Shown in pieces: positions 38,150 to 53,529 of a stretch of 64,000 bases of DNA. Location of the stretch: contig OX597814.1 in assembly GCA_951406725.2 (NCBI GenBank), positions 163,990,001 to 164,054,000 on the forward strand, given 5' to 3'. A model generated the notes under the pieces. The model had not been told where the DNA came from and made no database searches. It saw only the letters and a list, made by a program, of their open reading frames with translations. The position numbers and the translations under genes are program-made. This stretch comes from Octopus vulgaris (Eukaryota). How positions within the stretch are numbered: position 1 is the first letter of the stretch; every line of letters begins with the position of its first letter.

Positions 38150-38545
38150 GTGCAGACACGGCTGTGTGGTTAAAAGCTTTACTTCCCAACTACGTGGTTT
38201 CAGTCCCACTGCATGGCACCTTATGCAAGTGTCTTTTACCATAGCTCCAGCCCAACCAAAGCCTTTTGAATAGATTTTGTAAAGGGAAACTGAAGAAGTC
38301 CAACATGTGCGTGCACATTTGTGTCTTCCTGTCTTGGCATAGCATGATAGTTGCAAATGAGTAACACTGTCATACAAGTGGTATCATTTGTTTCCAGTTA
38401 TCCATGGAAACATGTTCACCTTATTTGGAAACAGATGAGGGTTAGTGACAGGAAGAAAAACCACCTGTAGAAAATCTACCTCAACAAATTCCATCTGCCT
38501 CATGCAAGCACAGAAAAGTGGACATTAAAACAATGGTGACAATAT
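38150..38545 (+). mobile_element. SINE with family A head and RTE-like tail
   Basis: GGCTGTGTGGT...TTCAGTCCCACTGC head; tail ...GTGGACATTAAAACAATG resembling the RTE 3' end. Confidence 0.65.
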
Positions 38546-38902
38546 AAGTATGTATGTACACATACATGTATATATTGTATATATGTAAGTATAGATTACA
38601 TTATGGCCATCACTTAAAATCAAGAATGACTTGGTAGCTTGTATTATACTTTTGTTGATTTTTTTTCAGTTGTCAATGTGGTCATGAGCGGACAAAGACT
38701 CCCTCTTAGCCCTCCCACTATTGGCCTTCCTGCCCATAAATAATGGGACATCCAAGATGTAAACAGCTCGGGGTAAGAGAGTTGCAACAAAATATTACTA
38801 CTACTCATTTCTGCTGAGTAGACTGGAACAATGTGAAATGAAGGGCTTTGTTTGACCTTATGATCATCAGCCCAACACCCTGACCAGTAGGCCATGTGTC
38901 TT

Positions 38903-38933
<31 letters not shown>

Positions 38934-38966
38934 TAGTCATTTAACAAGTTAAATAAAATGGCTTAC

Positions 38967-39020
38967 TTGTGAAACTTCCTCTTCTGATTCAATGCTAATT
39001 CAATTGACATTTTTTCATAC
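38967..39020 (-). CDS. TMX3: TMX3-like exon
   Basis: YEKMSIELALNQKRKFH; tttcag and gtaag sites; 54 bp, phase 2/2, splices in frame to 36913. Confidence 0.8.
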
Positions 39021-41149
39021 CTGAAACAAAAAGGAATATATTCATAAGTTGATATGCTTACATTCCACTAAATTGGTTGCACAATTTGGTTTAACATGGA
39101 CCTATGTTAAATAGGTGTGAAAGTTTTATCCCATTTTTTCCTCCATTTAGTCAAGGCAAGAAGGCCAGGGCATCATAAATGTCACTACAACACAACATCT
39201 CAATGAACCATGGCTTCAGTTTGAGTCCCATTCATGCATTTACATTTTAGGAAAGATATGAGCAATGCTAATTCCCAACAATAAGGCTACATGGTGTTGA
39301 AAGAACATTTAATGTGAAATTGATGGGAACTGGCGATGCTCATCATTATTGTGATGATAGTGATAAGAGCAATGGTGATTGTGATGACAATGATGGTGGT
39401 AGTGGAGATAATTATGGAGAGTGGAATATCAGAAACACAATAGAACACTAGAGTAAATTCTGGAGCTATCTAGTTATAGCTTATAGTTTATTTGTTATAT
39501 CTCAGGAGTTGATGAAATAAAATATACAATAAGATCTAGGTTTTACTTCAGTGATTACAGAGCTTCCTAACAAATTTCTGAGCTTACATCAAAGAAAGAA
39601 CACATTATTAGTATTTTCCTTATTATTACTGAGAGGCAAGTTATCTGATCGATGAACATGTGCTCCTACTTTAACTTTGAGATTTTGGCCAAAAGATATG
39701 CAATAAAACCAAGACTACATATGATATCATGTCGAGCATTTATAAATTCATATGCTCTAAATTGTCATCCATAATTATTGTACCTTGCCTATTGAGAAAC
39801 TTCATTCATTAAATGGATCCTAAATGAATCTTAGATTTTATGTTTTTGTAATTATTGTAGTTTAACCATTGGACAGTCCTGGTTAAGTAAATTTACGACC
39901 AAAGACATTCCAGCTGTGACCATCATATTTTTATCCAAACACAGTGTATCTAACTCTACATTATCTAAAGTGTCTGTCATTTTTTAAGACCTTAGTGTAT
40001 GATTTGATGGAGACTTCATTGTTATTTCTAACAGGTTGAGAGATGACATTGAGACTCCCTCATTAGCTCATCAGATTTTAAGATTGCAATAGGGCTCCTC
40101 CAGTTGTTGAACATTTTCTCTCTCTCTCTCTAGTTTTGGTTTACATCCTATAAATCTCTTCATGAAATTTGCAGGGAAATGTCTACCTCATCCCAATCTC
40201 TAAACATTTCTTTGCACACTTTACCTCATTACTAGGGATTTTTTTTTTATTTGTTAAAAGTCACTCTAGGTATAAATTCTTATAAGGCACTTCCTCCCAC
40301 TCTTCTTTTCCATGTTATTTCCTCTTAAACTTCCTCAGTCTCTTAGCAAACTTTTGTCTTTTTACCAAGGTTCCCAGCCTTTTACATGTTTTTTACCTAT
40401 TGATAATTTTTTGAGAGTAAGTGTATGTAAATTTATCTCTATTCTGTTTTGTTTTATAATTTAAGTTTACACTCCTACAAAACAATAAAGAGAAAACTTA
40501 AAATATAGTTGCTAAACATTATTAAAGTTCAACTAACAATAACAATAAAAAAACACACAATATTATTTCACTTTTTTATTAACTGAAGTTAAACTGATAC
40601 CAGAATCAAACACAGACTTGTGAATTAGTAATACTATAATTAAGAATTATACAATAGAGATTATTAAACCTAAAATAGAAGGAAATTTTTTTGATTTTGT
40701 TTTTGCTTTTTCAAAATAGGCTAACTGCAAATTTTCTTCTCAATTTCAGATTTTAAAAATTTAATTGAAACTAAAATATAAATCCAGAATCAGCAAATTT
40801 ATTCCTTGAGTAAACGAAACATAGCTCCTGGGAATAAATCTATTCATTAACACACATCTCTTTCCTCATTCTTTTTTCAGTGGGGCGTGGACTTTTGATA
40901 CCAACCCACCTGACACCACTCTCGGTTCTATGATATAAACATCATGCTTTACAGTGGTCTAAATTAAAACTTACTCTCAAAATTTCAGGCTAATTTATGT
41001 TCCAAACACCAGCTTATACTGACAAAATTATTCTATTAAATTCATTATTTTCAAAATTATTTGAAACAAAAGCACTGTATTTCAACAGAAACATAGTAAC
41101 GAAAGGGTTATAGATTAAAAAACATTTTTGTAGACAATTTTCCTAACCA

Positions 41150-42270
41150 ATCCCACACTATTCACATAACAAAGCCCTTTCCAAACTCCTTTTCTCAATC
41201 TCAAAAATATCTCACCTACACAGTTTCCAAGGGTAAAATCTCTGGTCCTGAAAGTGTTCCCTCTGTTATTCTCAAAAAGTGCACTCCAGAACTAATACAC
41301 ATCCTCACTGAACTCATCAAACTTTTCCTCTAAACAGAAATCTTCCCCAACTAATGGAAAAAGCAACAGTATATTCTATTCTCAGAAGCAGCAACATTTC
41401 TGACCCAGCCTACTAGCAAACTATCAACCTCCCTTCCAACATTTCAAAATGATGGAGAAAGGTAAAACAACCATCTACTTTATTTACTTTTGGTCTTTTA
41501 CTCTTCTCACTGACTATCTGTATGGTTTCTGGAGATCTGTTTTTCCTACATCACAATACCAGTAGTATTTTGCCATTGAGAACTTTAGTAAAACTATAGT
41601 TGCTGCTCTTCACATTATTAAAACCTTCATTCATAACTGACGCAACGTTGCTGGTTTGTGAACCTAACCTTTCTTTCATTTCTTAGGTCAGAAATTTCCT
41701 CTCAGACTGCTTGATCATACGATATGCATTGACACAACTAAAAATCAAACATGCCTTACAATTTCTGATGATCTTTCAGAATAACCTTACATATATAAGA
41801 TTGCTGTAACTAAATCCCAAAGATTACACTTTTTCTGGGGGATTATGAAAAATCCTTTAACACTGATCAGTGGTGACTGTACAAAATTTAAGTGTGTCTC
41901 ACACAAAAATATAATCAGATTGACTGGTGAGCATTTATCACCAACATACTAAGACTGTTAACACAAGAGATACACTGTTTCCTTTTCTGAAATGACTATT
42001 GTTGTTCTGATCTAGCAAACTGATCAAACAAATCTCTACATAATCCCAACTACCTTGTCTGCTTTTGTATCCTTAATGTATTACTCCTAAAACATTACAC
42101 TAAACACTTAACAAAATCCTTCCTGTCTAGAACTAGAATCCTCTAAAGTTCCCCCCTCCCCTTGTTTTCCTAGTAGATATTAACCTATAAAAGTTCAAGC
42201 TGAATACCAAATACATTGATGTCAACAATATGGAAGGAGTAGCAAATAAAGACGGATGCCATCCCTTCTC
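41150..42270 (+). mobile_element. Highly decayed CR1/Jockey-type LINE RT fragment
   Basis: KISGPESVPSVILKKCTPELIHILTELIKLFL followed by FP..WK and YGF relics; many stops and frameshifts. Confidence 0.6.
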
Positions 42271-42775
42271 TTATAACTAAATAACAAAAAATAAAGTCTC
42301 ACTGACAAAATGGCCATACTGTAAAGAAATCAGTAAAAATACATCTACCTACATAACAAAATTATCTCAACTGACAAAATGGCCTTGTGCTTATGTAAGA
42401 AATTATATTGTGTAATAATTTGGGCAATACATGTTTACTTGTTTCTGCCAAGTTCTAAAGTGGTTCAAGTTTTAAAAAACCATTTAAATTTAAAAGGAAA
42501 TCCATCTATAAAAATATATGCTCTAATAATTTCATAATTCCTATTTGCAAAAGTTTGTGCATTATAAAATATTTATAATATGATCATTAACAATTTTAAT
42601 AAATATTAAAATTCCAATTCTAATATAGAATCAGGTAATTATATAATAAGTATGGGTGGGTTCAATGATACAAAGAGCCATACACATGAATAACAAATTT
42701 TGTGAAACTATGAAGTGTAGGCAGAATGCAAACATAGCTAAATAATGTCATTATCAACATTAAATTTCTTCTTAA

Positions 42776-42986
42776 CCCTTTCATTACTGTATTTATTTTT
42801 GAGATGCTTTGTGTTTCTTTCAGTTACTTTAAATATAACAAAGAATTTAATAAAATAACTTAGTTATCATTCAGCTAATGTTAGGAACATAAATTGTGAC
42901 TAAAGTTTGGTGGGAGATTTTAATTCAAAACTTATGAAAACAAGACATTTGTACTCAGAGCCAGAGCCGGTTTGGTAACAAAAGGG
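42776..42986. mobile_element. TTAA-type (piggyBac-like) MITE; related copies near 40890-41107 and 53860-54035
   Basis: TTAA-CCCTTTCATTAC...GTAACAAAAGGG-TAAA. Confidence 0.65.
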
Positions 42987-43382
42987 TAAAAGAAATTTAC
43001 TTTGACACCTTTTTTACATTTAAAAATATTGGTGTCAAATTTTGGCACAAGGCCAGCATTTGGGGGCGAGGTATAAATTGATTGCATCAACCTCCATGGT
43101 TGACTGCTACGTATTTTATCAACCCCAATAAGATGAATGGCATCAATAAAATAAGTACCAGTCAAGTACTGGGGTTGATGTAATCGACTTACCCACTTTC
43201 CCAAAATGTGATACCAATATTTTTAAATGTAAAAAAATTGTCAAAGTAGATTTCCTTAGGAAAAAATTTAGTGTTAATAATGACATTGTTTAACTATGTT
43301 TGCATTCTACCTACTCTTCATAATTTCACAATACTTACAGATAAAAACATTACAATATTGATTTGGTAGGATATGTTTGATG

Positions 43383-43630
43383 TGGAGGCACATGGCTTAT
43401 GGATTAGGGTGTCAGTATCATGATCGTAAGATTGTGGTTTCAATTCCTGGACCGGGTAACATGTTGTGTTCTTGAGCAAAACACTTCATTTCACGTTGCT
43501 CCAGTCCACTCAGCTGGCAAAAATGAGTAACACTATGATGGACTGGCGTCCCATCCAGCTGGGGAACACATACGCTACTGAAACTGGGAAACCGAGCCTA
43601 TGAGCCTGGTTAGGCTTTAAAAGGGCGCAT
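43383..43630 (+). mobile_element. tRNA-derived SINE, family C-related
   Basis: GGAGGCACATGGC head, GGTTTCAATTCC B box, tail shared with 58400-58500. Confidence 0.75.
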
Positions 43631-44487
43631 TTATTATTTTCATTTAGGATATGTTTGATACCCCTGATCATCCCAGTTAATGAACTGAGTTTCATATATA
43701 TGTTCCATTGTAAAAATGAATATCAACAAAGACAGGAATGTCATTTAATGACCTATGAAACTTTCAATTAACAACATGCAAACTACTTTTGATCAACAGT
43801 TAGAACTGATTCATTTATGTCCCAAATTTCTGGGCGAAAAAAAGAAGAATGTCACAACTTCTCATTGCATCTTCTCCAGGAATCTGACCTGACCATTCAA
43901 AAGATTTAGAAACTTCTGCAAATCAGATATTCTAGAAATGTCAGAAACATCACAGTCTGGAACAATCTGTGACAATAATTATTTTGACATGGTAATATGA
44001 CCAGTAGATACAATAAACTACCAATAGCATTACATGGTCCTACATTTATACAGCTTGTCTCTATAAATAATGCTATATGAATAAGTCACAATTTTTTATT
44101 AAAACAACTAGAATTGTTTAAATTGAAAACTACTTTTCTATTATTTAATACTTCCAAAAAGACCTTAAATTTTCTGTAATAATTATAGAAAACTCTGAGG
44201 ACTTCCATCCCATTTTTTCCCTTCTTTCTTTCTAAACTGATGGTCTAGTTTGTCTGGGAATATTCCTTATCTTAAATTGGTATTATTCTAGAGAATTATT
44301 TTCCCTTTCTCTGTTTGTGGGATAGTGTGAAATAACAAAGCCACCTTTTCTTATTTCTAAGTAGGTTGATGAATAGTTTCTCACATTTGCTTAAAATGAA
44401 AAAAGCTTTCCAATTTTTTTTAACCATTTATTTTTATCTCTCTCTCTCTCCCATATGTGTGTATGATATATATATATATATATATAT

Positions 44488-44530
<43 letters not shown>

Positions 44531-45414
44531 TGGTGTGTGTGTGTGTACACATACATACATTTACTACATTGCAGAAAACACACATATAAGTTAGTACAAA
44601 TATTTCGCCATATTACATACTTAAAAATAAACAAAATCATCCTCTCTAGATGGCATTTCTTTTGTTCTCCCTAACACACTATATCTGTTGTTCAGATTTT
44701 TCTTCTCACTCCTTTTTCATTATCAACACCAGAATGACTCAGTTATCAAAATTTCTTCCAGATTCTACATACAGAGGTTATCACTCACATTTGTTTTATT
44801 TATTGTTTTTTTTTTCTTTTTTTTTGCTATCCAACAGAAAAATAAATTTCTGTTCATAGAACGGAAAGATGTTTCCGGCTATGAAAGGGTTTACTGAGTA
44901 GGTGTTTGTTTCAACTGAGATTTGGAAACATGTAAGATTTGATAGAGATTCACCAGAGAGAAATTCTAGATAAGGCAGTTTTGAACATAAGCATTTATTG
45001 TTTGGTGTTATGCCGAGAGAGAAGGGGGAGGAGTAAAGAGAGAGAGAGAAAGAGAGTAGAGTGTGGGAGATAGAAATTGATTTTAATAGTACCAAGGTAC
45101 TAGATGGCTTGTACAGAGTATAGGATTTTATTGTAATGCTTCAGGTAATAATGAAAAGATGCAATATGACACATAGGCACAAACATTAACTAAGAGAGAG
45201 TTGGCCAATAAAATAGATATTTTGCTATGTTTCATATTTGGGTTTATAGAACCATTTAACCCCATGAACTCATTCTGCTAGAAGTAGCCAAATCATATGC
45301 TGCTATTTCATTTTTTTATGTTTTTTCAAATGTGAACAAAGAATACATTATGCCTGAGAAGTAACTATAGCCATCCTTTGAAATGCACAAATCATGAAGC
45401 TAGATGATGACATA

Positions 45415-45830
45415 TAGGCACATGAGTGGCTGTGTGGTAAGAAGTTTGCTTCCTTACAACATGGTTCCAAGTTCAGTCCCACTGCATGACACCTTGGGCA
45501 AGTGTCTTCTACTATAGCCTCAGGCTGACCAAAGCCTTGTGAGTGGATTTGGTAAACGGAAACTGAAAGAAGCCTGTTGTATGTATATGTATGTATGTAT
45601 GAATGTGTGTGTGCCTTTGTGTCTGTATTTGTCCCCCACCACCACTTGACAATCAGTGTTGGTGTGTTTACATCCTTGCAACTTAGCAGTTCAGCAAAAG
45701 ACACTGATAAAATAAGTACCAGGCTTTAAATGAAAAAAGTCCTGGTGTCAATTTGTTCAGCTATACCTTTCAAGGCAGTGCCCAAGCATGGCCACAGTCA
45801 AATGACTTAAACAGGTAAAAGATAAAAGAT
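45415..45830 (+). mobile_element. SINE family A, full length
   Basis: Colinear with 22708-23110. Confidence 0.85.
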
Positions 45831-46173
45831 ATGAGATGAATGTGATGTGATTGTTTAACCTCAGGTCAGTTTTGATCAATAGACTTTCAATCATGGCCAT
45901 TCCACCCCTAACTATCACACCTTTTATCTAGATACAGTGCAGTCTCTGATACTTGTACATTCTCTACATACATTCTCCAGACTATCTATTAAGAAGTTAG
46001 TATGTGACTTGAGTTAAATCTGATTACTATTTCCAGCAATTTGAATAACTGCAAAGAGATCACCTTGCTGGATTAAGTGAAGAAAAGCAGAGGTTGGAAA
46101 GCAAATAAATGAGAAACTGGACTTTGCTAGGTTGATAGAAGGGTATTTCACTGGACTGAGAAAAAGTGTTTAA

Positions 46174-46682
46174 CCCCTTGACAACGGTTGACATAAATAT
46201 GCAATCACACTTTTGCTTGCCTAGCCGTGGTTAACGTAAATATACAATGTAGAGCTGCCATACATCTATCACGGACTTTTTAGCAGCTAACGTATGGTTA
46301 CGTTCGTTATCGTGTACTTTAATTCTTGAGGTGCGCACGCTCGCCGTCCTGTGCATTATCTTAGCTATTTTAGGTTACGTTCAAGTCATGAGACTAGCAG
46401 TAGACCAATGACATGCGGATACTTTACATGCATAATACTGTGTTTCAAGTTGTACCACACGCAAGCTATTTTTTTAAACTTGAGCAGAATAACTCGTGCA
46501 TATCATATTATGATAAATAGCTTCAAAAACCGGTAGACATAAATGTACAACGCTATGTTATTCTAACGGTGAATGTAAATAGACGTGAGTTCGTTGGCAC
46601 TTGTGTGTTTGTGTGGCCTCATTAGATTAAAAAAAAACAGAGCAGTGTCTCGCATGCTTTGGGTAATACCAGCGTCAAGGGG
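46174..46682. mobile_element. piggyBac-type MITE (509 bp)
   Basis: TTAA on both sides (46170-46173, 46683-46686); TIR CCCCTTGACAACGGT vs CCCCTTGACGCTGGT. Confidence 0.85.
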
Positions 46683-47102
46683 TTAATATAAAGTTGAAAG
46701 GAAGTGACACAAAATAGAGATAATGAGAATCACACAGCCAAGCTTGCATCACAGAGATTATGATATCTTTCCAAAAGCCAGATAATACACAGCTGCTGTG
46801 CCTATACAAAATCAAAGTAAATTTTGCAACACATTCCTACTCATGCACCTGGTATTGAGTTCCCATCACATATGCATTTAGGACTGTTTCTAAAATAAAG
46901 TTATTCACACAATAAACAAACCTTCACTCACAAACATTTTAAGTCACTTAGCCATTGCTATAGTTACTACAACGGTCTTTGCAAAGAATTTCTATTTGTA
47001 TTATGCCCCTACTAACCCACTCATCTCATCGAACACCCCTTCTCTCTTCACATTTACTGTGCTTTGCCTTTATGAACCTACATTAAGGTTATATATATAT
47101 AT

Positions 47103-47365
47103 AGGTGGCACGTAAAAAACACCATTTGAGCATGGCCGTCGCAATTACCACCTGACTGGCCCTTGTGCCGGTGGCATATAAAAGCACCCACAACACTCTT
47201 GGAGTGGTTGGCGTTAGGAAGGGCATCCAGCTTTAGAAACATGCTAGATCAGATTGGAGCCTGGTGCAGCCATCTGGTTCGCCAGTCCTCAGTCAAATCA
47301 TTCAACCAATGCTAGCATGGAAAGCGGATGTTAAACGATGATGATGGTGATGATGATAATGATGA
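47103..47365 (+). mobile_element. RTE 3' end fragment inserted at (TA)n
   Basis: Homologous to 30383-30650 in reverse; (GAT)n tail. Confidence 0.8.
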
Positions 47366-50300
47366 TATATTTCCAATCTTTTCTCCCAGGAGCTGCCTCT
47401 CTTTGGAGGGTCCTCACTGCCTATATTTTCTCACAACCACTGACCTTCAGAAAGTTCAAACCAAGCTAAACTGCATTAAACTCCCCTACATGTACCACCC
47501 ACAACCCTTGCCCCAGCAAAAAAGAACATTGAAAGATCATGAGTGCAGCTCTTTCAAATCCGACTGTTATAAAAGTAGAATGAACATTTGGAGTAATCTA
47601 AACTCCATATCATAAAAAATCCAAGCCATTGCTTTAGAGTTTGCAACAATACCACCTCATACAATAAATGATTACATGACTTTGTAAACAACATCAGAAT
47701 GCCACATGTTACTTAGAATTTTACAACAGAAAATGTGATTTTGAAAAACTTAAACAAGAAACTTTAATCTTCAGATTGCATGTGCTCTCTCTCTTTAACT
47801 TGGGGTTTTATCTCGAAATTTCTTTTACAAAACTAAATACATCTCACATACAAAATAACTGATATACTGCACTCAACCTTACATAATTTCCAGTACACAC
47901 AGACACAAACACAGAATAATACTAATAATACAGTCAGAAACACTAAAACACAGACACATAAAAATAAAAATTACCACCAACGCTAACAATTTGCCAGAGA
48001 CATGATAAATAGATAACAGCTATTAATCATATCTAATAATCAACATCAAAATACAACCAGCCCATCTTAACAGTGAGTTCATCTTTATATATTTGCATAG
48101 TTTCTGAATTATTTCTAACAGAGATTGATAACAGGAATACCTTTCTGGCAGTAGTTATTCAATCAGAAATAAAGAATTACATTCTTTACAACAGTTTGAA
48201 AATAATAATAACCAGTACTGCTATGTGAATCTATATGCCTAAATGGTTGCTTAAATTGTAGATAGTTCGCAGACTTATTCTTCATAGCAATTAGATCATT
48301 GATGGAGATATGAACACACAAATGAGGTAGGTCAGAGGAATTTGTAAATTAGTTATTTGCAAGTATTTTTGTAAATTTAAATATATTGTGTTATTATTAT
48401 TTAAGGACCGATATAATTTTCCTGTTAGAAGAGGTAAAAAATTGAAGCTGACAGAACACACTAGTAAGATTAAGACATGATAACTATGAGAACAAAGGAA
48501 TGCAAGATTAAATGCCTAGCCCCAAAATATAGAATGAAATGTTCATAGAGTATTTAATTTTAACACCACTGAGGTCACCATCATATTCATTCAACCAATT
48601 CACTTCTACATTTAATGCACTTATTACCTAAAACTGCAGGCATATTTATAAAAAGGTCAATCAATGTATATAGTTAACTAAAACATATATCCTAAGCCAA
48701 TGAGGGAGTCACTATGAATTTTTTTAAACAGAAGAAAAGTATTGGGAAATGTAGTTAGAAAATACAGCTAAAAACCTTTAATATCATAGATCTACCTGGT
48801 CAGGGCTGACCTGGTGTTAAACAACAACACATAACTTGATAGTTATGTGCTCAGGAACCCAGACATTTTAATAGATTTTCTTAGTTCCCAATCTTGTCAC
48901 ATCTGCCTTTAATTATTCACCACTTGTGACTTTAACCATTTAAAATGAAAGTACTTCTTTTTTTATTTACTAGTTTTGGAAATTTACTTTATTCTTCACT
49001 TCAAGGCTATTATAATATATTTTGATACAGAACGACATTAAAAAGAAAAGAGAAAAGAATGATGTGATGAAACAGAATAAGAGAGAGAGAGAAGCTTATA
49101 AGTTATCCACCTTGATTCTCATGTTGCTGCTACATGAATGATACATGGAGAACACATCAGCCATTGAAGAACATTAAAACAAATGTGTAGAAAAGACTGA
49201 CAGAATGTACAAGAGAAAAATAAGATATACATATTACACTATATTTCAGAAACTATGTACATATAGAGGCTTGTTCACATTTTTAATTCCCCTTCAGAAT
49301 TAAACAGATAATTTTTGAAGGGCAACATAAATGCACGCTTTAAGAAACAGGATGTTATATTCGGAAGTAAGACTAGAGTCAAAATGTTGTAGGCGATAAG
49401 AGAAACATAAAGATCCTAAAGAAGAGACACCAAATCTCCAAATCTGACTGCCATTCAAAGAACCCTTTGTATTCTCATGTCAACAGCTAGATACAGATAT
49501 GTGAGGACATGACTGTTTCTAAGTTCCAAGTGCTTCTTTCATCAGAAAGATCATTAAGTGCAAGAGCCAACAAATAAGACTGCCCACTACCATCACTAAC
49601 TCACAGACTCCACTCCTCCGGAAGTTGAAACAGACTAACCCTAATATATGAAAGCCTCTTTTAAACCAAACAGTAGAAATCAACATTAAACAACATTTTA
49701 TCAACTTCGGTTTATTTTTCAGGCTTATTTACATTTACCAAAAATGACTTATAGACTTATACAGTAGCATTAAGAACCCAACAATAATACTAATTTCCGA
49801 AAATTATATTACCAAAATTACTAGTAAACTAATTTGTTTTAGTGGCCATAATATTCAAACCTTAGCAACAAAGTTTCAGTGATACCGTAGTTCCAAATTC
49901 ATGCTGCATTACCAAAGAAAACATGCCAAAGTATACATGATGCACAATTTACTGTAGTACAATGACAGAGAAATTATTCCCATCTAAAGTAGGTTTAACT
50001 TGTCAACCTATTACCAGTGTAATCTTACCCACACAAAATGTATGTCACTAGTGTCACTATTATATTATTTTTATCTCCTAGAACAATTGAGAGATATTGA
50101 CCAAACTATTCTAGATTGAATGCAAATAGTGGAGGGGAGGTCTCTTTCTCAACTGCCTCTCTCTCTCTCTCTCTCTCAAACATTCATTCATTAATTCTTT
50201 TCACCTTTAGTGAATGAACATTATTGAAAATTATGTGCAAATATCAGGTTTTACTTTCTTTTCCCTCACGATACTCTAATCTTGACATAATTTATGACAT

Positions 50301-53300
50301 AATTTAGGCTATTTATGCCAAAATTATGCTATAGGCAGTGCTAAATAAACAGCTTTAGGTGCAACATGTTCTTTTACAAGTGCAATATGTTCTTGACAAA
50401 ACTAAGCTTTTGTTTAAGCTGTTCCACAACTGAAGTTTCTTTTTCATAAACTTTATTAGAAATTATACAAAATCTAATCCACAACCTTTATGCTTTTCAA
50501 TTTTTATACTATCTTTAAATAAATCATCATCATCATCATTATTATTATTATCATAATTATTGTTATTGTTTTTATTAAGTCTGGATAAAAGGAACAGTTA
50601 TCATAAACTTTGCACATCATCCTAGACTAGTAATTTTAGCACCATTAATGTTCAGTGCCTATAGAGAAAAGATGGGCAAGGAGAGTATTACAATGATACA
50701 ATTCCAAATAGGAATAGTTGAGCAAAGTACTCAATACATGTCTGAGACACTAGAGATGACAAACAGGAGTAGATTAATCATTTGGTATACATCTTGCTTT
50801 TCAATCATGCAAGAACTTCTGTAGTGGTAAGAGAAGAGACAAGGAGAGGACACAGAATGTTCATGAGCACATGCTTGTTGTTATTGTTAGTGCTATGTTC
50901 ACACAGATGAAACAGACTTAAGATCAAAGGTGTTTTAACCATCATTAACCCATCTGATGATATCTATGTCATTTCATTTTTAAGGCAGTAAGTAGGGTGT
51001 GATGAGAAAGATTAACTCCTTCTTTCTAGCAGGTCAGGCAATGTATAGAGGCTTCCTCGGGATGTTGATGAGTGAGGGTTTGCTTGACAGTTGGTGAAAG
51101 ATCTAGAATGTCAGTGTAACAAGTGTTCTGTTCTAATTATGTGAGCAGCAGCAGTACATATAAGTATACTTTGTAATGGATCAACAACTACTCAAAATCA
51201 AACTATTTTCTGACCCTGAAAAGGAAACCTAACTTTTCTAACACTTATTTTATCTTTCATCTCTCTGAAGTTTGATAGAATAACTTCAAGAAATATAATG
51301 GAACAAATTCAATCAACTATATTTCTCCTACTTCATATATTAAAAAAAAAAAAGACTCTTACTATCCAGTCAAAAATAGTTAAGTATTAGACTTAATATT
51401 TTGCTTCGGTAAGCATTATTTAGTACAACATAATATTATATTATCACTGATATTCTAAATATTCCTGGCATCTGATAAACATGATCACAGAATACAAGTT
51501 GCTGCTGTTATTACAACTTATGTTAAGTATAATAAATAGCTTTTGGCTATGTTGGAAGTCTGTATGTTTTAAATGTTAGAAATTTTAATTTATGTTGGTA
51601 TCATATGACAATTAGGCTGAAATATCTAACAAAATTCAATAGAGCAAACAGCTTCACATATCAAGCAGCTTTATATTACTGTTGGCATCATATATCAAAT
51701 GACTTTATATCATGTTATACAGTAGTTTTTAAATATTATTAGTATCAATTTCATAATTTGTATTATTGAGTAGTTATAATCAGTTGCTTTCATAGTAACT
51801 AATGTAATGCTTTACTATTTAATGTTCAAACCTTATTGTATGTAATCCCCTTTACTCTGTTATAGGTCAATGAATAAGTACCAGTAATAAATTTTAAGTT
51901 GAAATTCTGACTTAGGATTTCTACTTAGAACAATCAGGGCAAAGAACTAAATGCCAAACGAGCCAATGCAATCATTTAGCTTACTAGAAATAAGAACCAA
52001 ATCTCTCTCAGAGTATATCATACAATTTGAAAAAAGAAATGGACATTAGATGATGTGGTCTAAGATGAATTTTTCTGGATGAGAGAATGATACCAGTAAG
52101 AAGATAATAAGAGGAGACTGGAATAGTTTGGCAATATAGTAAGAAGACCTTCCAATAGCTACATAGCACTGGTTTCCCACCATGACATTCCAAAGCACCT
52201 CTGTAAATACCACAACGTCAGCCTATGTCTGCACATTATTAGCTATAATATACTAAGCCTTCTGCAGAGAGAATATTAGCATCAGATGACCCATCTGACC
52301 AATGGAATGTGTTCCTTAAACAAAAAGCAAGAAAAGATGGCCCCAGTTTGATCAGATGAAAGCTGGAGTAATGCATGATAGTCAGGATCATTAAAACTTT
52401 CTGCAAAAATTTTTAATTAACTTTGTTTCAAATCTTTCCCTCTCTCTCCCTCTCTCTCCCTCCCTCTCTTTCTCTCTTGAGTTTTTTTTTCCTTTGAGCA
52501 AATATATTTCTTTTTAATTTCAACTTAATTTCTTTTCATTTCCCTCTTTAAACAAGCAGCTTACCAACAAAAATTATTAAAAAGCATGAAAACAAATAAT
52601 ATAAACATTTATTTTATGTTTTTCTTACTTAACACTTGAGGGTGTGTAGCATTTGCACAAAGGAATTATAATAATACTAACAGAATATGCTGCAAGTAAT
52701 AATGCATTTAAGGCCATAGGAATATAGTCACAGCCATTTAAGAGAGAGAGTGAAAAAAAGAAGAGAATCAAATAGATATGGAGTAAAAGAGACATTTTTA
52801 TACCAAAATAAGGGTTGCCACAAAGAAATAGAAATGGTTGACACTAGCTAGAAAAAAACCCAGTTCAATGAAACATGTAAGGATTTATTTAACCAAGGCA
52901 CACAGCTACTTTTGGAATGGAAAATATAAGTTCGATTGAATAACATGCTTGCACATTGCATGTTCTTATTTTTGAGAAACTCTTAACAAGGGATGAAAAA
53001 CAAGGTTGATCTCAATAGGATCTGACCAGTGGCATGCTAAATGAGATGCTTAGTACAGGAATCTACTAAGTCAACCCTGTTTTCTTTGCCTAAAGTACAG
53101 TTCTCAGCTAGATCCTTCTTTCCACTTCCACTAGGCTTGTTGCTTATATTTTATACTATGTTATTACATCATCATCCAGCTCTAATGGCTCACACAATTA
53201 ACCAAAGACTTAAAGTAAATTAACTGACACATTATAAAAATTTATCCAAATAAATCTTTTGCACGATGTTAAAAAAAAAACTCAAGCTTGTCCCCATTTT

Positions 53301-53529
53301 CCATCATCTATGTTTTTTAGCTAAAACTCCCTAAACAGATTTATATAAAAACATTTCTTCACATTGCAGGTCTAACAATTTTCTTTTCCCTAGTCAAAAC
53401 AAAGTTCATTTTGCTCTTAATCTGCCAAACAGCCAGTAATTTGGCAAGCTTTTTAAAGTTTCTCTTACATATTATAACCCCAATACATCACAAAAGTGCA
53501 GAATTTTCAATTCAGTTCTTTCTATTCTT

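Noticed and set aside
47960-48020. Minus-strand SGKLLALVV resembling TMX3 GKLVALAV
   Set aside because: Donor phase does not fit the phase-2 acceptor at 39020, acceptor is poor, and flanking residues do not match.
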